Of a stretch of 5,896 nt of DNA, positions 1-5,896 are shown one piece after another; position 1 is the first letter of the stretch, and each line of letters starts with the position of its first letter. The notes below the pieces were generated by a model. That model was not told where the DNA came from and did not search any database. It worked only from the letters and a program-made list of their open reading frames with translations. The stretch comes from Octopus sinensis. Its lineage: Eukaryota. The translations under genes and the position numbers were made by a program. The stretch lies in contig NW_021829799.1 in the NCBI RefSeq assembly GCF_006345805.1, forward strand, positions 1 to 5,896, written 5' to 3'.

Positions 1-50
1 TATCTAACAAGTATTACAATATTTCAAAAAAGAAATGAAAAAGATTCATA

Positions 51-458
51 GGCGCAGGAGTGGCTGTGTGGTAAGTAGCTTGTTTACCAACCACATGGTT
101 CCGGGTTCAGTCCCACTGCGTGGCACCTTGGGCAAGTGCCTTCTACTATAGCCCCGGGCCGACCAAAGCCCTGTGAGTGGATTTGGTAGACGGAAACTGA
201 AAGAAGCCCGTCGTATATATGTATATATATATGAGTGTGTTTGTGTGTCTGTGTTTGTCCCCCTAGCATTGGTTGACAACCGATGCTGGCGTGTTTATGT
301 CCCCGTCACATTAGCGGTTCGGCAAAAGAGACCGATAGAGTAAGTACTGGGCTTACAAAAGAATAAGTCCCGGGATCGAGTTGCTCGATTAAAGGCGGTG
401 CTCCAGCATGGCCGCAGTCAAATGACTGAAACAAGTAAATGAGTAAATGAGTATGAGT
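51..458 (+). mobile_element. Full-length tRNA-derived SINE (family A), probably an octopus CORE-type SINE
   Basis: Pol III A-box-like TGGCTGTGTGG (61-71) and B-box GGTTCAGTCC (104-113). These are followed by CACCTTGGGCAAGTG (124-138), resembling the start of the CORE domain of MIR-like SINEs; octopus OR SINEs have been classed as CORE-SINEs (recalled, not searched). Internal (TA)/(TG) microsatellite at ~205-255, 3' stem-loop CAGTC-AAAT-GACTG (415-428), short tandem tail AGTAAATG x2 plus TGAGTA. No convincing TSD. Confidence 0.85.
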
Positions 459-810
459 ATAACAAAGAGGTTGGTCATGGTTGAAATATATGTTGATTAT
501 ATGTCTGCAGTATTGAGTCTCTACTGAGGATTGATTAACAAAGATTTGGATTAGCAACTATTGGTAGCCAACGCATCACAAATCATGCTTCACAAATATT
601 TTAGGAATAGTATAACGTTTCATGTGCTCGTAGATATAAAGAATTGATGGGTGTGTCACGGATGGAACAACTTTGATTATACATCAGCCAATGACGATTG
701 ATCTAGTTCTAAATAACAGCACACTAACAGCAATAATAGTAACAGCAAGAGTGACTTTTCCTAATAACCGTTTAAAGATGAGGGCTACACACACGGTTTG
801 TGTTTATAGC

Positions 811-896
<86 letters not shown>
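811..896. repeat. (TCTA)n / GATA-type tetranucleotide microsatellite, ~21.5 perfect units
   Basis: Directly visible uninterrupted TCTA run of 86 bp. Confidence 0.98.
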
Positions 897-1102
897 CACA
901 TATATACCTATATATATATTTATTTCTCTCTCTCTTTGTCTCTATCGTCTGTCTGTCCATGCATATATGTTATATACACCTACATATGCACACCTACGTA
1001 TATATGCATAGATATACATATGGTATTATACACATATACCATTATACTATAAACAAACATCCATATATAATTGAGACATTATACACACACACACACATAT
1101 TG

Positions 1103-1167
<65 letters not shown>
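1103..1167. repeat. (AT)n microsatellite with one interruption
   Basis: Directly visible; phase slip at 1126-1127; preceded by a short (CA)n at ~1083-1097. Confidence 0.97.
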
Positions 1168-1170
<3 letters not shown>

Positions 1171-1490
1171 ATGTATATAATGTATCTACATACACACACA
1201 CGTGTGCATTAATGTTTACATAGTTGAGATTGTATTTCTGTTGTATAAACAAACATTATTTTGGCAAGAGTAAGAAATGTTAATCAGTCGGTTGAACACA
1301 CGAAGACCGTCGGGGATTGCAGCATGTATTAGAGACGTTGCTGTGAAGAAAGAACTCTTGTAGTGTTTTGGCTTTTTGTCAGTCTTCTGTATTTGCAAGA
1401 TAAAGAACGTGACTGGAAGGAGAAAAGAAACTACTTAATCGAAAGAAAACCACTTAATCCCTAAGTACGATGATTTTTTTTTTGTCTTCT

Positions 1491-2087
1491 GTTTCTTAGA
1501 ATGTATATCGCTTCCTGAAACAATAACCAACTTCTTTGTAATGGTTCGAAATGCTAGATTTGATAGCCGAATACCTCTCTATCATAATTCCACTGCCTCT
1601 TAGACCTTTGCCTGTCTAAGTTACTTTCATAAGTTTGCCCAAAATGTCTATGCTTGCTTTCAGGTTTTGGGTTAGCCCTTGTGTAATACGTTTTTTAGAA
1701 TGTATATCGCTTCCTGTAATAATAACCAACTTCTTTGAGATGGTTCGAAATGCTAGATTGGATAGCCAAATACCTCTCTAACATAATTCCACTGCCTGTT
1801 AGACCTTTGCCTGTCTAAGTTACTTTCATAAGTTGGCCCAAAATGTATATGCTTGCTTTCATGTTTTTGGTTGGCCCTTGTTTAATACGTTTTTTAGAAT
1901 GTATATCGCTTCCTGAAATAATAACCATCTACTTTGAGATGGTTCGAAATGCTAGATTTGATAGCCAAATACCTCTCTAACATAATTCCACTGCCTGTTA
2001 GACCTTTGCCTGTATAAGTTACTTTCATCAGTTTGCCCAAAATGTCTATGCTTGCTTTCAGGTTTTTGGTTAGTCCTTGTTTAATAC
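1491..2087. repeat. Tandem triplication, 3 x 199 bp (1491-1689, 1690-1888, 1889-2087)
   Basis: Manual alignment with no indels. Mismatches: U1/U2 15, U2/U3 11, U1/U3 14 of 199 (92.5-94.5% identity). Confidence 0.97.
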
Positions 2088-2575
2088 TTCTTGTGTAATA
2101 TTAATGGTCCCTATTTAAAAACCCAAATAGCTGATATGGCTGAACATTTTTGGAATGTGTTTCATGTATGATGCATAGACTCCAGGGGAACATACCTTCC
2201 GTGTCACATAAGATACATAGAACAGAAAAGGATTAGAGAGAGGAGTCTACGAGGGATAACGGCCCCATCTAACTTACAGTATGTCTATAAATGAGTGAAT
2301 GTATACATGTGTGCGTGTGTCTGTGGTTTATGAGTATACAAAGATGTCTTAATCGCGATAGTCACGGTGAAAACATATTTGATTACAAATCTGATCAAAT
2401 AAAGTTACATAATTATGTGTCGTCTCGTCGGTTTAGGGAAACCATTGATATGCGCGTGTATGAGATAATCTGAGTAAGAAGTTTTGAGGACACCAGACAA
2501 TTAGTCAACCAATGAATCTCCATTCGGCAAGTCATCGATGTTTATCCAAGAAAGGGGCCACCGTTTTAGGCTGAT

Positions 2576-2633
2576 GGACCCGAGTACCCTATGGTTGAGA
2601 AACGAACTTCTTACCACACAGCCATGCCTGCGC
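2576..2633 (-). mobile_element. Truncated, diverged 5' head of SINE family A
   Basis: Reverse complement GCGCAGGCATGGCTGTGTGGTAAGAAGTTCGTTTCTCAACCATAGGGT matches 52-99 at 39/48. A box intact, B box degenerate, similarity lost after that. Confidence 0.8.
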
Positions 2634-2684
2634 TTACATTTTAGATAATATTCTTCCCTCCGTATAACCAAGAAACAATGAAGT

Positions 2685-2772
2685 AGTGGTCACGGCTGGA
2701 ATATCTTTCAACATATGTCTGCTACAATACGTTTGACCTGGGGTCAAACAACAGCAGCAATAACGATAACAA
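2685..2772 (+). mobile_element. Possible 3' end fragment of a non-LTR retroelement (stem-loop plus degenerate (AAC)n tail)
   Basis: Perfect 8-bp inverted repeat GTTTGACC-tgg-GGTCAAAC (2731-2749) immediately followed by AACAGCAGCAATAACGATAACAA. Family identity is inferred from architecture and recollection only. Confidence 0.35.
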
Positions 2773-2776
2773 AAGA

Positions 2777-2890
2777 ATATATATACATACATACATACAT
2801 ATATACCTAAAATTATATATATATATATATTATATATATATATATATATAAATTTTAGGGTATATATGTATGTATGTATGTATGTATATT
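2777..2890. repeat. (TA)n-centred quasi-palindrome with (TACA)4/(TGTA)5 arms
   Basis: Non-repetitive CCTAAAATT (2806-2814) is mirrored by AATTTTAGG (2851-2859), and the flanking tetramer repeats are mirrored too. Confidence 0.9.
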
Positions 2891-3873
2891 TATATATGTA
2901 CGTATATATATATACATATATATATTGAAAGATCTATGAAATGTCGGCGTCTTTGATCTTAGAAGTCAAAGATGACTTAGAAAGCTTACTGGACTAATGA
3001 AGGAGAGGAAAAATATCAATTAGAATGTTTCTCTTAATTTAAACTAATTATTCTAAAGTATAGTAATTTTATAATATTATCTATCTCTAACTCTCTAAAT
3101 ATATAGGTATTGGTTTTCTTTACGATTTTTTCTTTTATTCTTACCGTTTATTCTATTTGTAACTTCCGCTAACAAAATTTTGTAAGCATCATTAATGACT
3201 TGAAAAAGATAAAAGTATATTTTATTGAATTATATATGAATATTTAATTAATAATAATAATAAAAATTTAATTATACTTAATGTATTTTAATTATATATC
3301 GTCAATAATTATGTGATTTAATTTATTTAATTCGTATAATTGAATCACAGGTTTTATGAGTCTTGATGTTAGTTTTGAAGTTCAAGTTATAATCTTATAT
3401 TCTAAAAGTATTTAAAAGTATTTTAGAAATATGTTTTAGAAATATATATTTACCATAGAGATTTTTAATGAGAAAAAATCCTAATTTTGTTTCGGGTATT
3501 CTTTTAACCTTTTATTATTCTTTGACTCCATTCAATCAAGGAACAGTGATTAATTCTGGAAAAACAGCTCCAAGTAATTTTGTTTACGCCAATAACATCG
3601 ATACGACTATGTATTTTAAGTTAAGTCTACAGATTTTGTAAAGCATTTAGAGCCGGCACTGAAAGTTACGAGACTTTGTGTACGAATACGTCTATGTAAA
3701 CAAAGTGATAGAACATAGAAAAAAATAGCTAATGCATCTCTATACATATTTCATGTGTTCTTGTTCCTTCTTGAGTACCACATGCAAACCATTAACCATC
3801 CACGAACGCATTGCTTAAATAGCCTCTCTGAGTTGAGTGATGTAACACTACTAGATAGACCAGTTGACATATA

Positions 3874-4088
3874 TTTTTCTACTCTAGGCACAAGGCCAGA
3901 AATTTTTGCGAAGGGGCCAGTCGATTAGATCGAACCAAGTACGTAACTGGTACATATTTTATCAACCCCCCCAAAGGATGAATTGCAAAGTCGACCTCGG
4001 TGGAATTTGAACTTAAAACGTAAAGGCAGACGGAATATCGCTAAGCATTTCGCCCGGCGTGCTAAAGACACTGTCAGCTCGCCGCCTT
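3874..4088 (-). mobile_element. tRNA-derived SINE (family B), near full length
   Basis: On the - strand it starts AAGGCGGCGAGCTGACAG, with a degenerate A box and B-box-like AGTTCAAATTCC (4002-4013). The central TTCATCCTTTGGGGGGGTTGATAAAATATGTACCAG recalls the Deu/Nin-type conserved SINE domain (recollection, unverified). Ends ...GGCCTTGTGCCTAGAGTAGAAAAA. GC-rich relative to its flanks. Confidence 0.75.
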
Positions 4089-4096
4089 AACTATTC

Positions 4097-4140
4097 TTTT
4101 GCCCTCTAGGCCCAAGGTTCGAAATTTTTGGAGAGGGGCC
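4097..4140 (-). mobile_element. Diverged 3' end fragment of SINE family B
   Basis: CTCTAGGCCCAAGGTTCGAAATTTTTGGAGAGGGGCC aligns with CTCTAGGCACAAGGCCAGAAATTTTTGCGAAGGGGCC at ~3882-3918. It may extend to AATTGGTACATAT (4174-4186), which resembles AACTGGTACATAT (3945-3957). Confidence 0.7.
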
Positions 4141-4264
4141 TTACCAGTTTCTATATTAAAGCATATTCTTGGCAATTGGTACATATACAGGAAAGAGCAT
4201 TGATTTAGAAACCCTTAATACACTTTGCAGTATATTATGACTGCAAAACGAAATACAGCGTTTC

Positions 4265-4395
4265 TATATATATATATATACATACATGCACAAACACACA
4301 CACACACACACACACACGCCACACACACATATATATATATTTATAATCATATATATACGCATATACATACACTCATACACACACATACATATAAA
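4265..4395. repeat. Compound (TA)n/(CA)n microsatellite
   Basis: Directly visible. Confidence 0.95.
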
Positions 4396-4606
4396 TGTAG
4401 GCCTGCCCCCGAGAGTGTAAGCAACATTCACAAGCTATTAGTATTCGAGGAAGAGCATTGTGACCAGCGGTGTATAACGACATTCGATAGCCCGGTCGAT
4501 ATAATGATAAATAGTTATATATATTTATATACGCGTACCAAAAGTTATTAAAGACTCTCCGTCCATGACTAAGGCATTTTTACTTCAGATATATTTAATC
4601 AATAAA

Positions 4607-4734
4607 TCTCTCTCTCTATATATATACATACATACACACATATGTATGTATGTAGTATGTATGTATGTATGTATGTATGTATGTATGTATGTATGTACGT
4701 ATGTATGTATGTATGTATGTATCTTCTATCTATC

Positions 4735-4789
<55 letters not shown>

Positions 4790-4830
4790 GTGTGTGTTTG
4801 TGTATGTATGTATATATATATATATATATC
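4607..4830. repeat. Compound microsatellite: (TC)n, (TA)n, (TATG)n 4641-4721, (TG)16 4749-4780, (TA)n
   Basis: Directly visible. Confidence 0.95.
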
Positions 4831-4908
4831 CTTATTCATATATACATATACAATTTCTCTAAATACTGTTACCTATGCGATTATCTCTCTTACCCCTCTC
4901 ACTCAGTC

Positions 4909-5028
4909 TATATATATATATATATGTGTATGTGTGTGTTTGTGTATGTGTGTGTTTGTGTGTGTGTGTATACAGACAGAACGAGAGAGTGAGAGAGAGA
5001 GAGAGAATGCGTCGGTGGGGACGGGTTG

Positions 5029-5061
<33 letters not shown>

Positions 5062-5070
5062 TGAGAGTGA
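4909..5070. repeat. Compound microsatellite: (TA)n, degenerate (TG)n, (GA)n
   Basis: Directly visible; the (GA)n tracts at ~4983-5005 and ~5028-5070 are separated by a short GC-rich spacer. Confidence 0.93.
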
Positions 5071-5165
5071 GAGGAGCTTTGATGTATAATCTCTCACTGA
5101 ACCGTATTCCATGCATTGTTTAAATTCCAAGCCGTAGTATTTTCAACACATTTATGTCTTTAATG

Positions 5166-5315
5166 TTTGGACAAACTGTGTTTGCAGACATAATGGATAC
5201 ATGAAAGACTCTATGAAATGTTAGCATTTCTTTCGGCACGTTTGAACCTCCTTTGAAGTCATTTTGAAGTTGTCTTTCATGTAGTAATTATGTCTGCAGC
5301 CGCAGTTTGTTTAAA
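5166..5315. repeat. Long imperfect inverted repeat (44-bp arms at 5166-5209 and 5272-5315)
   Basis: The left arm matches the reverse complement of the right arm at 36/44; the core 27 bp match at 24/27. Not low complexity. Confidence 0.92.
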
Positions 5316-5387
5316 TATATATTATCAGTTCTATGAGACATTAATCCTTAAAATTAAATTGAAATTTCATAATAGATAGCTTAAATC

Positions 5388-5407
5388 TTTTTTTTTTTTT
5401 TTTTTTT
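5388..5407. repeat. Poly(T)20 tract
   Basis: Directly visible. Confidence 0.95.
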
Positions 5408-5640
5408 GAAGCTGGAATCCTCACTCGTTGCGTTCGATATCTGTTGTTCTTTAAAAAGATTCCAACAATACTCCAGTGGAAGTAATTAATTATAATAGTC
5501 CTACTCCTGAAATATTTTGGGATGGTGTGGTTGCTAATTGAAAATTTGGTTACGGATATTGGTTAATAACAGCCATCAGGAATGCTACTTGGTGTCTTTA
5601 TGCAATGTAAGTTTTATGTCCGCTTCTGTGAGTGGTAAGA

Positions 5641-5785
5641 CCTCCACTTTAGAGCATGTCCTCCAAATTAGCTTACAAACTCAATTTAATATGGCGGTCT
5701 AGCTCTAATGTTGAGGCTGCACACTAATGTGGATTTTGTACTGTAATGAGGTTTATCCTCTAATGTGGAGATTTGTCCTCTAATG
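5641..5785. repeat. Degenerate ~19-bp subrepeats (core CTCTAATGTGGAG): two inverted copies followed by five direct copies
   Basis: TAATG cores at 5706, 5725, 5744, 5761, 5781 (spacing 19, 19, 17, 20). Inverted copies CCTCCACTTTAGAG (5641-5654) and CCTCCAAATTAG (5660-5671), also 19 apart. Confidence 0.75.
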
Positions 5786-5788
5786 GTC

Positions 5789-5850
5789 TATATACATGTA
5801 TATATATATATATATATTATATATATATATAATATATATAATCATATATA
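5789..5850. repeat. Interrupted (TA)n microsatellite
   Basis: Directly visible. Confidence 0.9.
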
Positions 5851-5896
5851 AGGGCTAAAGAGGGTAATTCTAAGCCAAATACACTGTTTATCCACT

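Noticed and set aside
46-557. ORFs 46-279, 84-269 and 306-557 on the - strand
   Set aside because: They lie antisense across the SINE and its internal microsatellite; no recognisable domain.
714-747. TAACAGCA three times
   Set aside because: Short degenerate trinucleotide-like low complexity with irregular spacing.
673-1171. ORFs with IYLS and IY repeats (112 aa, 123 aa)
   Set aside because: They are translations of (TCTA)n and (AT)n, which lack stop codons in those frames.
1216-1398. 60-aa - strand ORF
   Set aside because: Short, no motif, expected by chance.
1400-1464. Possible exon (D)KERDWKEKRNYLIERKPLNP*
   Set aside because: It ends in a stop just before the putative donor, and the following intron would be only 35 bp.
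1444-1470. - strand peptide SYLGIKW resembling the LINE reverse transcriptase YLG motif
   Set aside because: Only a few residues match, with no other RT motifs nearby; probably chance.
1491-2087. CRISPR-like or prokaryotic repeat interpretation of the 199-bp array or the 19-bp subrepeats
   Set aside because: There are no unique spacers between repeats and no cas genes, and the context is clearly eukaryotic.
1894-2100. 68-codon stop-free - strand frame spanning repeat unit 3 (YYTRSIKQGLTKNLKASIDILGKLMKVTYTGKG...)
   Set aside because: It is open only through a unit-3-private C-to-A change; units 1 and 2 have TAG at that codon. The 199-bp period is not in frame and I recognise no homologue.
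2291-2473. 60-aa + strand ORF
   Set aside because: Short, starts in a GT-rich low-complexity patch, no recognisable features.
2941-2997. Tiny ORF MSASLILEVKDDLESLLD* overlapping a 9-bp hairpin (2948-2974)
   Set aside because: Both are at chance level for a window of this size.
4397-4505. GC-richer segment between microsatellites
   Set aside because: May be a fragment of a dispersed repeat, but I found no Pol III boxes, termini or tRNA fold to support a call.
4225-5130. ORFs rich in HT, YVCM, VC and ER repeats
   Set aside because: All are translations of compound microsatellites.
5388-5481. Poly(T)20 as a splice acceptor (GAAG|CTGG...GGAA|GTAATT) or as a - strand retrocopy poly(A) tail
   Set aside because: The AAG acceptor is weak and the 70-bp exon is asymmetric with no recognisable peptide. 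For a retrocopy there is no AATAAA signal or TSD.

Overview
AT-rich, microsatellite-dense, non-coding eukaryotic DNA, most likely an intron or intergenic region of a cephalopod. The Octopus assignment is an inference from my recollection of octopus SINE families, not a database result. No credible protein-coding gene, RNA gene or CRISPR array is present, and the supplied ORFs are microsatellite-derived, SINE-derived or unremarkable. Contents: a full-length tRNA-derived SINE on + (51-458), a truncated head of the same family on - (2576-2633), a second SINE family on - (3874-4088) abutting a fragment of itself, an exact 3 x 199 bp tandem triplication (1491-2087), and many simple repeats. The best leads are fold-back structures: a ~150-nt imperfect hairpin (5166-5315) whose mismatches are mostly G-U compatible on the + strand, an inverted array of ~19-bp subrepeats (5641-5785), a (TA)n-centred quasi-palindrome (2777-2890), and a hairpin module apparently shared by both SINE families with a compensatory change. 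All counts were done by hand. No novel system can be established from this window alone.
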